Shown one piece after another: positions 17,164-27,794 of a DNA stretch of 59,063 nt (position 1 is the stretch's first letter; each line of letters begins with the position of its first letter). Under the pieces are notes generated by a model. That model did no database searches. It saw nothing but the letters and a program-made list of their open reading frames with translations, and had not been told where the DNA came from. This stretch comes from Aestuariivirgaceae bacterium (lineage in GTDB: Bacteria; Pseudomonadota; Alphaproteobacteria; Rhizobiales; Aestuariivirgaceae): positions 1 to 59,063 of the forward strand of contig DAIODI010000001.1 of NCBI GenBank assembly GCA_036746875.1. The letters run 5' to 3'. Both the position numbers and the translations under genes were made by a program.

Positions 17164-20100
17164 TCAGTCCCTGTCGCGAACCTCGCGCCCCGCCGCCTGG
17201 CTGAGCAGCAGATACACCTTGCCGCTTTCGGACGCGAGGCAGGCGTCGACCAGGACGGAGCCGTCCTCGCTCTCCGAGATCGCATCGAGCAGGCGCTCGA
17301 ACAGGCGCACATAGGCGTCGATGCGGCCGCGGATCATCCGCTCGCTGGCGTATCGGGTCTTCGCCTGCCGGGAGAAGCTCGCCCCGCGCCGTGCGAACAG
17401 GTGGTGGATGTAGGCCTTGCGGTCTCCGGCGGCGTAGCGCTGCTCGAGATCGGCCGGAAGCTTCCCTTCCATCGCCTCCACGAGGTCGCGGGAGGCGGCG
17501 TTGAGCTTCGCCACCAGCGTTTCGGCCTCGCGGCTTGCGCCTTCGAGCGGATCGCCGGTCTCGCCCGAGTCGCCGCCGCCCGCCACCACCTCAAGGGCGG
17601 GGCCTGAACTCCGCTTGTCCTTGCTTCCCCGGGCGCCTGACGTCCTCTCTTGCGGAGTTTCGGACGCGGCGCCCTCAGCTTTTCCCGGGCTGGCGCCCTC
17701 CCTTCGGGGCGTGAACACGCCGGGCCCCGCCAGCCCCAGCGTGCCGGTCTGCCGGCGCACGACGTCGGCGAGCGCGTTGAGCGCGGTGATCTGGTCGGAG
17801 ACGACGCGGCGCATGGCGTCGGCGTTCTGGCGCGTTTCCTCCGGCAGTTCGAGGATGGCGCGCTTCAGTTCGTTGCGGACGAAGTCGACCTCGCGCACCA
17901 CCTGCTGGGCGGTCGCATGCAGCTCCTTGGCGGTCTCGCTGAATTCGCCCGCGGTCGCCGCGATGGCCTGGTTGATCGAAGCCATGAGGCGCTCGTGCTG
18001 CGACTGCAAGGTGCGGGCGGCGGCGGCGACCGCCTTGTCCGACACCTGCTCGAGGCGGCGGATTTCGTCCTGCAGGTTTTGCGAGGCGGCGTCGGTCTGC
18101 GAGACGAACAGCCGGCCGATCTCCTCGGTGCGCTGTTCGGCCTGCCCAAGACGATCGGAGATCGTGGCGGCGTAGGCGCGCATGGTCGCGTCCACCTCGG
18201 CATGCCGCTTGCCGAGCTGCTCCAGAAGACCGGCCAAGATATCCTCGCGACTGTGGACGAGCTGTTCGATCTCGGTGTTGAAGCGGTCGATCGACCGGTC
18301 GACCGAGGTCGAAACCTCCTGGAGCCGCGACGACAGGCGAAGGCCCGTCTGTTCGAGACGGCCCGTGAGTTCGGTCGAGACCGTCTCCAGCCGGCCGTCG
18401 AGGTCCTGCGCCGCTTCGCCGAGCTTGCCGGAGAGCAGCGACGAGGCGCGGCTGACGTGATCGGAGAACTTGAGCCCGGCCTCGTCGAGGCGGCGGCCCG
18501 AGCTGGTGACGCTCATTTCGAGGCTGGTGACGAAGGTGGACGACGCCTTGTCGAGTTCGGCGACGATCTCCTCGCGCGCCCCGTCGAGGCCCTGGCTGAA
18601 AGCGTTCCGCGCCCGGCCGAGCTCCTCGATGATGACGCCGGAGCGCTGGTCGAGGGCGTTGACGAAATCGCTCCTCGCCTTGCCAAGCTCTTCGGCCATC
18701 CGCAGGGTGCGCTCGTCGAGGGCGCGCACGAAGCCCTCGCCGGTGCCGTCCATCTTGCCGATCACCTCGGTGGTGATCTCCTCGAGCATGGAGGTCGCCA
18801 CGTCGAACCGCTTGCCCAGTTCGCGCGACGCGGCGTCGATGCGGATGAACATGGTCTCGCCGGAGCTCGACAGCTTCTGCACGATCTCCGAGGACGTCGA
18901 GGCGAACCGCTCGGCCATCTGGCCCGAGTGATCCTCGAGGTTCTTGTGCAGCCGCGCCGAGGTGCGGTCGAGTTCGCTCGACAGCTTCGACGCCATCTCT
19001 TCGAGGCGGCCCGACAGATTGGCCGAGGTGGTCTCGAGCTTGCCGGCGAGCCGCGTCGTGGTGGTGTCGAGGCGCGTCGAGACGTCGTCGATCTGGGTGG
19101 CGATGCGCGACGTGGTGGTGTCGAGAACGTCGCCAAGCCGCGCCGAGGTTTCGGCGAGCCGTCCGGTGACGTCGCCGGTGGTCTGGTCGACGCGGGCCGT
19201 CGTCTCCTCGAGCCGCCCGGTGATCTCGCCCGCCACCGTGTCGAGTTGCAGCGCCAGACGGTTCGTCGTCTCGTCGAGACGGGTCGCCAGCGCGGACGTG
19301 GCGAGGTCGAGTTCGGACAGCAGCGTGTTCGAGGTCTTGTCGAGGTTGCCGACCAGCGACAGTCTGGTCTCCTCGAGCTGCCCCGCCAGCGTGCGCGTCG
19401 TTTCGTCGAGACGGCCGGACAGCGTGCTGGCGGCGTCGTTGAGACGGCTGGTCAGCGCGCCGCTCGTCTGGTCGAGCTGGCTGCCCAGGGCGGAGGTGGT
19501 GCTTTCCAGCCGCTCGGCGAGCAGGCCGGTGACGTCCTCCAGCCGGCTGGTGAGCCGGCCCGTGGTCTCGTCGAGGCGGACGGACGTGTCCGCGGCGGCG
19601 GTCTCGAGCGCCTGGAGCAGGCTGGCCGAGGTGGTTTCCAGCCGCTCGGCCAGGCCCGACGAGGCTTCGGCGAAATAACCGGTGACCTGGCTTGAGGTGG
19701 ACTCAAGCCGCTCGGCCACGTCGCGGGCGGTGTGGTCGAGCTGTTCGGCGAGCTTGAGCGCAGTGTCGTCGAGCCGCGAGGTCATCGTGCCCGAGGCGCT
19801 GTCGAGGCGGGTGGCCAGCTGTTCGGTGGTCGATTCGAGCCGCGTGGTCATCTGGTCGGACGCGATGTCGAGCAGGTCCGACATGCGCGCGGTGACGCTT
19901 TCGAGCCGGGTGATCAGGCCGCCCGAGGTCTGCTCGATTTCGCTGGTGACGGACTGCGTCTGCGCGCTGAGATTCGCGGTGAGGTCGCCCGTGGCCTTCT
20001 CCACCCGCTCGAACACGCCGGCGGTGACGCGGTCGAGTTCCGCCGACATCGCCGACGTGCGCTGGCCAAGGCTCGAAAACAGCCGCTCGGTGGTGGAGTC

Positions 20101-21831
20101 GAGCTGCACGGCCATGCCGGCCGAAGCCTGGTCGAGGTAACTGGCCAGCTCCTGGCGGGCATGGCTGACGTTTTCGACGAACCGGCCCGACACCTCGACC
20201 AGGCGGTCGGAGAGGACGGCGCCGGTCTGCTCGACGCGCCGGGCGAACGTCTCGCTTGAACTTTCCAGCTTGTCGATCTGGGCGTTGAGTCCGGCGGCGC
20301 TTTGGGCGAGCTGCGCCCCGACCGCGCCGGCGGCCTGCTCGAGGCGGCCGAAAAGCTGCGTGGCGGTGCGGTCGAGCTCGGAGGACGTCTCCTGCGACTT
20401 TTGCCCCATGCGCGAAAACAGCGAAGCGGTGGTCGAGTCAAGCTGCGCCGTCATCGCCTGCGACGCCTGCTCCATGTACTGGTGCAGGTCGTCGCGGGCC
20501 CGTGCGACGTTCTGGACGAACTCGCCGGACGCCGACAGCAGGCGCTCCGACAGCTGGAGGCCCGTGCCTTCGATCTGCGCGGTGACGCGCTCGGTGGACC
20601 TCGCCATGGTCTCGGCGGCCTCGCCGGACGTGGCCTTGAGCAGATAGGCGGCGCTGTTGGCTGCCCCCTGGACCATCTCGTTGACCTGCGCGCCGGTGGT
20701 GCGCAGCGCCTCCGACAGCCCGGCGGTCATCCGCTCGACCTGGCGGGCGACATCGGCATTGACGGCGTTCAACTCGCCCGCGCCCTGCCGCAACTGACCG
20801 ACGACCGAGGCTTCAAGCCCCTTCACATGGTCGCTGAACTGCGCGCTCTCGGCTCGCAGCGCCTGGGTGGTCGCGGCGAGGTGTTCGATCCGTGAGCCGA
20901 GCGCTTCGGCGACCAGGCGCGCCTCGCCGTCGAGCGCGCCGGCGGCCTGGCCGATGCGCGCCACCTGCTCCCCGAGGCCGCTGGACGCCGCAGCCGCCCG
21001 GTTCGACAGCTCGTCCATGGTGCGGGCGAGTTCGTAAGTGGAGCCCTTCAGCCCCTGTTCAAGCGTGACGAGCGCCGAGGAGGCGTTGCCGATCACCGCC
21101 TCGAGGTGGGTGGTGTTCTCCATCAGCCGGCCGAGCAGCGGATTGGCCTCGCTTCCGAACACGGCGCCGGCCTCGTGCAACGCATTTCGCTGGTGCTCCA
21201 GTCCGGCGAGCAGGGAGCGGATGCGCTCCTCGTTGGCGCCGAACGCACGCTCGATGTTGGCGACCTCGCGATGCACCATGCCTTCGAGCTCGGCGGCGCG
21301 GCTGACCGCATGTTCGACCCCGCCGACGAGCTGTTCGATCTCGCCGCGCACGGTGGCGGCGATTGTCGTCAGCCCTTCGGTGGCGACGTCCTGCGGGCGG
21401 ATCAGACGCAGCGCCGTCTGCACCAGCGCTTCCGAAACGTTCTGAATCTGCTGGGCGCGCCACAGCAGGTAGGCGGCCGACCAAATGAGCAGGATCGGCA
21501 GCAGCAGCGCCATCAGCGCCACCGCCAGCGCCGGCGCCCCGGCCTGTTCGACCGCCGCCGGTTGCAGGCGGAACATCAGGAACGTGCAAAGCCCGATCCA
21601 CAGCAGCGAGGCCATGAAGGCGGCCCAGAACGGCGCGGCGGACGGGCGGCGGCGCAGACTGGCGACAAGCGCGGCCCCGCTCATCTCGTTTTCGTTGGCG
21701 GCGCGCGGCCGAGGTATCGGCGACCCTTCGGCCCCGACGCGGATCTCCGGTTCACGCCGGGCGGCGGCGCGGTCTTCCCGCCGGGTGGCCCGCCGCGGTC
21801 CGCGTCTCGTCTCGTTAGCTTCAATCGCCAT
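17164..21831 (-). CDS. 1555-aa membrane-anchored coiled-coil protein with an 11-residue repeat array (GPR/RgsE-like)
   Basis: Two predicted TM segments at about aa 66-88 and 100-124. About 35 tandem 11-mers of the type RLESTTSALGS / RLDETTRTLAG at about aa 600-985. Non-repetitive C-terminal domain. Confidence 0.8.
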   Translation of the reverse strand: MAIEANETRRGPRRATRREDRAAARREPEIRVGAEGSPIPRPRAANENEMSGAALVASLRRRPSAAPFWAAFMASLLWIGLCTFLMFRLQPAAVEQAGAPALAVALMALLLPILLIWSAAYLLWRAQQIQNVSEALVQTALRLIRPQDVATEGLTTIAATVRGEIEQLVGGVEHAVSRAAELEGMVHREVANIERAFGANEERIRSLLAGLEHQRNALHEAGAVFGSEANPLLGRLMENTTHLEAVIGNASSALVTLEQGLKGSTYELARTMDELSNRAAAASSGLGEQVARIGQAAGALDGEARLVAEALGSRIEHLAATTQALRAESAQFSDHVKGLEASVVGQLRQGAGELNAVNADVARQVERMTAGLSEALRTTGAQVNEMVQGAANSAAYLLKATSGEAAETMARSTERVTAQIEGTGLQLSERLLSASGEFVQNVARARDDLHQYMEQASQAMTAQLDSTTASLFSRMGQKSQETSSELDRTATQLFGRLEQAAGAVGAQLAQSAAGLNAQIDKLESSSETFARRVEQTGAVLSDRLVEVSGRFVENVSHARQELASYLDQASAGMAVQLDSTTERLFSSLGQRTSAMSAELDRVTAGVFERVEKATGDLTANLSAQTQSVTSEIEQTSGGLITRLESVTARMSDLLDIASDQMTTRLESTTEQLATRLDSASGTMTSRLDDTALKLAEQLDHTARDVAERLESTSSQVTGYFAEASSGLAERLETTSASLLQALETAAADTSVRLDETTGRLTSRLEDVTGLLAERLESTTSALGSQLDQTSGALTSRLNDAASTLSGRLDETTRTLAGQLEETRLSLVGNLDKTSNTLLSELDLATSALATRLDETTNRLALQLDTVAGEITGRLEETTARVDQTTGDVTGRLAETSARLGDVLDTTTSRIATQIDDVSTRLDTTTTRLAGKLETTSANLSGRLEEMASKLSSELDRTSARLHKNLEDHSGQMAERFASTSSEIVQKLSSSGETMFIRIDAASRELGKRFDVATSMLEEITTEVIGKMDGTGEGFVRALDERTLRMAEELGKARSDFVNALDQRSGVIIEELGRARNAFSQGLDGAREEIVAELDKASSTFVTSLEMSVTSSGRRLDEAGLKFSDHVSRASSLLSGKLGEAAQDLDGRLETVSTELTGRLEQTGLRLSSRLQEVSTSVDRSIDRFNTEIEQLVHSREDILAGLLEQLGKRHAEVDATMRAYAATISDRLGQAEQRTEEIGRLFVSQTDAASQNLQDEIRRLEQVSDKAVAAAARTLQSQHERLMASINQAIAATAGEFSETAKELHATAQQVVREVDFVRNELKRAILELPEETRQNADAMRRVVSDQITALNALADVVRRQTGTLGLAGPGVFTPRREGASPGKAEGAASETPQERTSGARGSKDKRSSGPALEVVAGGGDSGETGDPLEGASREAETLVAKLNAASRDLVEAMEGKLPADLEQRYAAGDRKAYIHHLFARRGASFSRQAKTRYASERMIRGRIDAYVRLFERLLDAISESEDGSVLVDACLASESGKVYLLLSQAAGREVRDRD

Positions 21832-22312
21832 GTGAACTACCCATACACACCTTCAGTTCGCACTCAAACCTGCCGTCGGCCGATTGATGCGAAACTGGAC
21901 CCCATTCCCCCAACACACTGCAACGAAAGCGAAAAGACGGCGAGGAGCACCGAAACCGAAATGGCGTCTCCCCGAACCGCCGCCGAAGCCTGCAGGCAAG
22001 CGACACGCCGCTGTCCTGCAAACGAGTGCGGCGGGGTCTCCTCAACCTTTCGCCCGTAAAGGTAAACGATACCCCATTCGCCAGCGGTAATGAACAATCG
22101 TCGCTGGGCCATGATGGCTTATTTGAAACTTTGGTTAAAATTGTGGTTCAAAATGAAGCACGCCGGCGACCGCCGCGATCGCTTAACCTTCCGGCCGTGC
22201 GTTAACCCTGCGGAGCGTCGCGGACGTGTAACGTGATCACCGGCGGGAAGCGAGGGAAGGCGAAGGCGCAGTGGCGCCAAAGCGCGAGCGCACCGGCCCG
22301 GAGGCCATCGAC

Positions 22313-22702
22313 ATGGACGCGCCTGCGAAGCCCAACCCGCGCCGCGCCATCGATGCGGCGGTGCTCGATCTCGATCATCTCGGCCGCTACACCATGGGCG
22401 ACCGGGCGCTGGAGCGGGAGCTGCTCGGGTTGTTCCTCGGCCAGACGCGCCAGTACGCCGACCGGCTGGCGCTGATCGACGATCCGCGCGACTGGAAGCT
22501 CGCCACCCATTCGATCAAGGGCGCGGCGCGATCGATCGGAGCCGGAAGGCTGGCGGCCTGCGCGCAATCGCTCGAAGACCTCGATCTCTTTGGCGATGCC
22601 GCCGGGCGGCGGATGCTGACCGCGGCGCTGTTGAGCGAGCTCGCCGCGTGCGAGCAGGCGATCGCAGGGCTCCTTTCGCGGGCGCGCGGCGCAGCCGCCT
22701 GA
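22313..22702 (+). CDS. single-domain histidine phosphotransfer (Hpt) protein
   Basis: HSIKGAARSIGA (HxxKG) motif. GGAGG 8 nt before the ATG at 22313. The ORF-track start at 22271 is a GTG. Confidence 0.75.
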   Translation: MDAPAKPNPRRAIDAAVLDLDHLGRYTMGDRALERELLGLFLGQTRQYADRLALIDDPRDWKLATHSIKGAARSIGAGRLAACAQSLEDLDLFGDAAGRRMLTAALLSELAACEQAIAGLLSRARGAAA

Positions 22703-22849
22703 CCGGCGTTGCGGCGCATCCGGCGGCGGCCCAAGGGGCCGCTTGTGTTGTCCCCGGCGATCTCCTAAAAACCGGCGTCCCGCGCGCTGCCCGCCATGTG
22801 CGCTGGAGTAAGCCAATCCCGGCCGCAACGGTAGTTTCAGAGCATCGCC

Positions 22850-23170
22850 ATGGTGAAGATCACGTTTGTTCAAAAGGACGGCGCACGGCAGGACGTCGAC
22901 GGTCAGCCCGGAATGACGGTGATGGAAGCGGCCGTGAAGGCCATGGTGCCGGGCATCGACGCCGACTGCGGCGGTGCGTGCGCCTGCGCCACCTGCCATG
23001 TCTATGTCGAACCGGAATGGCTGGAGAAGGTCGGCAAGCGCAACGAGATGGAGGAGGACATGCTGGACTTCGCCTTCGACGTCCGCGACAACTCGCGGCT
23101 CTCCTGCCAGATCAAGATTTCCGACGCGATCGACGGGATGGTGGTCAAGGTGCCGGAAAAGCAGTTCTGA
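22850..23170 (+). CDS. [2Fe-2S] ferredoxin, adrenodoxin/putidaredoxin type
   Basis: [12 protein letters not shown]...SRLSCQI cysteine pattern, 106 aa. Confidence 0.9.
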   Translation: MVKITFVQKDGARQDVDGQPGMTVMEAAVKAMVPGIDADCGGACACATCHVYVEPEWLEKVGKRNEMEEDMLDFAFDVRDNSRLSCQIKISDAIDGMVVKVPEKQF

Positions 23171-23227
23171 ACCTGAATCCGGTATCGGCTTCAAGGCTTT
23201 GTCATTGCTGAACTTCTGGGGATTTGA

Positions 23228-24256
<1,029 letters not shown>

Positions 24257-24361
24257 CGCTCCTTCGCTCCGGCTGATGCTTTCGCCGCCTTGCGCGAACG
24301 GATGTTTCTCCGGATAACCCCATGGCCGCCGGTTGGCGGTTTCATGTGGTGGAGGCTTCAG

Positions 24362-24562
24362 ATGACGCAGAACATCGGCACTGTGGATCGGGCGCTGCGG
24401 GCGGCCGTGGGGCTTGCGCTGATCCTGTGGGCCATCATGGGGGCAGGGGCGTGGAGCTGGATCGGCTGGATCGGGATTGTCGCTCTCGCCACCGCCGCCA
24501 TCGGCTGGTGCGGCGCCTACAGGCTGTTCGGGATCAGCACCTGCCCGGTGAAGCGCGCCTGA
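24362..24562 (+). CDS. DUF2892 (YgaP-like) small membrane protein
   Basis: MTQNIGTVDRALRAAVGLALILWA...GWCGAYRLFGISTC. Confidence 0.7.
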   Translation: MTQNIGTVDRALRAAVGLALILWAIMGAGAWSWIGWIGIVALATAAIGWCGAYRLFGISTCPVKRA

Positions 24563-24572
24563 GCCTTGCGCC

Positions 24573-25682
24573 TCACATCCGGCCGTAGCTGCGCATCAGG
24601 TCCACCAGGTCGCCGTGCGGCAGGGCGCGCACGGTGACGCCGTTCGCCCCGGTCATCGTCTCGTTGGCGATCATGGCGTCGAGGATCGCCTCCTCGGTGG
24701 CCTCGACGGTTGCGGCGAACAGCGGGTCCATCGCCGCATTGGTGAGGAAGCGCATGGACCGCACCGCCGCGCCCGCCCCGAACACCTCCGGGTTGGCCGT
24801 CGACAAGGCGATGAAGATATCGCCCGAGCCGTTGTGGGCGATCCCTCCGGTGCGCGCGACGCCAAGCCCGATGCGCCGGGCGATCCGCTTCAACTGGTGC
24901 GGCAGGAGCGGCGCGTCGGTGATCGCCACGGCGATGATCGATCCCGCAGGCGTCGAGCGCACCTCGCCGCCCCTGATGTGCCGGCCCACGGGCGCGCCCA
25001 GCACCATGAGTTCCGGCCGGATGCCGAAGTTCGCCTGCACGAAGACGCCGACGGTGAACGTCTCCCCGGCGGTTTCGGCGCGCCTCGACGATGAGCCGGA
25101 GCCGCCCTTGAAGTCGTAGGCGATCATCCCCGTCCCGCCGCCGACGCTGCCCAGTTCGACGGCGCCGCCGCGCGCGCCATCGAGGGCGGCGAAAACGTGC
25201 TCGTCCTTCACATGGAAGCCGTTGATGTCGTTCAGCTCGCCGTCATAGGTCTCGCCGGCGATGGGAAGACCCCAGGCCTGCGCGGTCGCGACCATCTCGC
25301 GCACCAGCCATTTCGCCGTGGCGTCGCGCGCAAGGCCCACCGCGTGCGTGTTGGTGATGGTGACGGGGCCTTCCGCCTGGCCCGACTCCTCCACCCAGGC
25401 GAGCCCGGTGAGTTCGCCGTTGCCGTTCAGCACCGCGCTTCCCGCCGCGCAAGGCGAGGCGACGCCCGCCCGGCCGCGCGGCAGGATGGCGGTGACGCCG
25501 GTGCGCACCGGCCCCTGGCCCACGATCAGCGGGCCGTCTCCGGCGATGATCGTCGCATATCCCACCTCGACGCCGGGAACGTCGGTGATGGCGTTGGCTT
25601 CTCCGGGTTGGCCCGCAAGCGGCAGGCCGAGGCCGCGGCCGCGCAGCTTGCCGGCGGGGGTCGATTTCCACAGCGAGGACAT
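24573..25682 (-). CDS. P1/S58 family peptidase (DmpA-like aminopeptidase)
   Basis: ITDVPGVEVGY, TGVTAILP and GGGTGMIAYDFKGGSGSSS motifs. Confidence 0.88.
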   Translation of the reverse strand: MSSLWKSTPAGKLRGRGLGLPLAGQPGEANAITDVPGVEVGYATIIAGDGPLIVGQGPVRTGVTAILPRGRAGVASPCAAGSAVLNGNGELTGLAWVEESGQAEGPVTITNTHAVGLARDATAKWLVREMVATAQAWGLPIAGETYDGELNDINGFHVKDEHVFAALDGARGGAVELGSVGGGTGMIAYDFKGGSGSSSRRAETAGETFTVGVFVQANFGIRPELMVLGAPVGRHIRGGEVRSTPAGSIIAVAITDAPLLPHQLKRIARRIGLGVARTGGIAHNGSGDIFIALSTANPEVFGAGAAVRSMRFLTNAAMDPLFAATVEATEEAILDAMIANETMTGANGVTVRALPHGDLVDLMRSYGRM

Positions 25683-25757
25683 GGCGTTGGCGGCCTTTCC
25701 GTTCAGCGCTCGTTCAACATTTCGGTGCATGTATGAACCAGGTGGAGGTCATTTTCG

Positions 25758-26369
25758 ATGGTGTCTGAAGCGCGACGCCCGGCTGGCGTGCTGGGCACGA
25801 TTTGCGCGCGGTGTTCGGGCGACGCCCGGACGCGCATCGTGCCGCAGGCGCAAGGCGTGGTGATCGAGCCCGGCGTCGGCCGCGGCCGCAACGTGCCGTT
25901 TTACGACCGCTCCCGGGTGACGGTGGTGCACGGCGTCGACCCCGACGGGGCGAAGCTCGACCGGGCGAAGGCGGCGGCCGGCGGCTCGCTGCCGTTCGAG
26001 CCGCACCGCGCGGTGGCCGAGGCGCTGCCGTTCGCGAACGCCTCCGCCGACACCGTGGTGATGAGCTACACCTTCTGCGCCCTCGACAACCCGGCGCTGG
26101 CGCTGGCCGAGGCGCGCCGCGTGCGGAAGCCCGGCGGTCGGCTGTTGTTCTGCGAGCACGGCCGTTCGCACGACCGGGGCGTGGCGCGCCTTCAGGATCG
26201 CCTCGATCCCCTGTGGGTGAAGTTCGGCGGCGGTTGTCGTCTCAACCGCGATGTGGCGGCGATCCTCGGCGAGAACGGTTTTCGCATCCTGTGGCTCGAC
26301 ACGTTCTACGCCAACCGCGCGCTGCCGGCGCTGACGTTCCACTACGCCGGCGCCGCCGCTCCCGTCTGA
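25758..26369 (+). CDS. class I SAM-dependent methyltransferase
   Basis: VIEPGVGRGRN (motif I) and RVRKPGGRLLFCEH. GGAGG 9 nt upstream of the ATG. Confidence 0.85.
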   Translation: MVSEARRPAGVLGTICARCSGDARTRIVPQAQGVVIEPGVGRGRNVPFYDRSRVTVVHGVDPDGAKLDRAKAAAGGSLPFEPHRAVAEALPFANASADTVVMSYTFCALDNPALALAEARRVRKPGGRLLFCEHGRSHDRGVARLQDRLDPLWVKFGGGCRLNRDVAAILGENGFRILWLDTFYANRALPALTFHYAGAAAPV

Positions 26370-26408
26370 TCGCTTGATCGCCGCGCTCGATTGCGCCACC
26401 ACGGAGCG

Positions 26409-27791
26409 ATGATCGACGGCCCGTTTCTCGCCAGCCTCGAACGCATCGCCGGCCCCCGCGGCCTGTGGCGGGGCGAGGCGGACGGCGCTCCCGACAAGGG
26501 GTTTCACGACGACAATCTCGCCGCCGGTCTGGCGGTTTTCCCGCGCTCCACGGAAGAGGTGGCCGCGATCGTGCGCCTGTGCCGCGAGGCGCGCGTGCCG
26601 ATGACGCCGCAGGGCGGGCGCACCGGGCTTGCAGGCGGGGCTGCGTCGCGGCCCGGCGCGCTGATCGTCGGTTTTCAGCGCATGAACCGCATCGAACGGC
26701 TCGACCCGACGGCGATGATCGCCACGGTGGAGGCGGGCGTGACGCTGGCGGCCTTGCAGACGGCGGCCGCCACGCACGGGCTGTCGCCGGGCGTCGATAT
26801 CGCGGCGCGCGGGTCCGCCACGATCGGCGGCATGATCTCCACCAACGCCGGGGGCAGCGAGGCGTTCCGGCTCGGCGTGATGCGCCAGCGCGTGCTGGGC
26901 CTCGAAGCCGTGCTGCCCGACGCAAGCGTGCTCTGCGACATGACGGAGGTCATCAAGGCGAACGAGGGCCTCGACGTGAAGCAGCTGCTGATCGGCGCGG
27001 AAGGCACGCTCGGCCTCGTCACCCGCGCCGTGATCCGCCTGTCGCCGGTTCCCGCCGCCCGCGCAACGGCGGCGATGACCTTCGCCACCGCAGCCGACGC
27101 GATTGCGGCGCTGAACGGCCTGCGCGCCGCGCCGGGCTTCGCCGTGCAGACGGCGGAGGCGATGTGGGGCGGCTACGCCCGCGCGGCGGCCGCCGAACAG
27201 GGCAACCACCGGTTCGCGGCGTTCGCCTCGGCGCCGCTGTGCGTGATCTTCGAGGCCGGGGGCGACGACGCGGCGGCGGTGGCCGAACGCTTCGAGGCGG
27301 CGCTGTCGGCGCTCCTCGACCGGGGCCTCGCCCGCGACTGCGTCGTGGCGCGAAGCGGTCGCGAGCGGGCGGAGATGTGGCGGGTGCGCGAGGACTCCTG
27401 GTCCATCGAGCGGCTTCACCCGGGCGGGCTGTGGTTCGACGTGTCGCTGCCGCTCAACGCACTCGATCAGTACACGGAGCGCCTGTTCGCGCGGGTCATG
27501 GCGCACGACGGGGCGCTGAACGTGTTCGTGATCGGCCACCTCGGCGACGGCAATCTGCACGTCACCATCGCCGGTCCAGGCCCGATTCCGCACCGCTACG
27601 ACGAGATCGCGCCGCTGGTCTACGACGGGATCCGGGCGGCAGGCGGCTCGATTTCGGCCGAGCACGGCGTGGGGCTGGAGAAGCGCGCGGCGCTGGCGAG
27701 GTTCGGCGACCCCGGCAAGCTCGCGGCGATGCGCGCCGTCAAGCAGGCGCTCGATCCTTTGAACCTGATGAACCCGGGGAAGGTGTTCTGA
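26409..27791 (+). CDS. FAD-linked oxidase (GlcD / D-lactate-dehydrogenase-like)
   Basis: PQGGRTGLAGGA and TIGGMISTNAGG in the FAD-binding domain; SAEHGVGLEK in the C-terminal domain. The ORF-track start at 26391 is a TTG; ATG at 26409 preferred. Confidence 0.88.
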   Translation: MIDGPFLASLERIAGPRGLWRGEADGAPDKGFHDDNLAAGLAVFPRSTEEVAAIVRLCREARVPMTPQGGRTGLAGGAASRPGALIVGFQRMNRIERLDPTAMIATVEAGVTLAALQTAAATHGLSPGVDIAARGSATIGGMISTNAGGSEAFRLGVMRQRVLGLEAVLPDASVLCDMTEVIKANEGLDVKQLLIGAEGTLGLVTRAVIRLSPVPAARATAAMTFATAADAIAALNGLRAAPGFAVQTAEAMWGGYARAAAAEQGNHRFAAFASAPLCVIFEAGGDDAAAVAERFEAALSALLDRGLARDCVVARSGRERAEMWRVREDSWSIERLHPGGLWFDVSLPLNALDQYTERLFARVMAHDGALNVFVIGHLGDGNLHVTIAGPGPIPHRYDEIAPLVYDGIRAAGGSISAEHGVGLEKRAALARFGDPGKLAAMRAVKQALDPLNLMNPGKVF

Positions 27792-27794
27792 CGG

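Noticed and set aside
18880-20040. Whether the 11-residue protein repeats of the giant coiled-coil gene reflect a DNA-level tandem repeat or an assembly collapse.
   Set aside because: The nucleotide sequences of successive 33-nt units differ extensively. Only the amino-acid pattern is periodic. This is a diverged protein repeat, not a DNA satellite.
21864-22112. 82-aa and 68-aa ORFs in the GPR/Hpt intergenic region.
   Set aside because: Weak composition, no start context and no motifs. The region is more likely regulatory.
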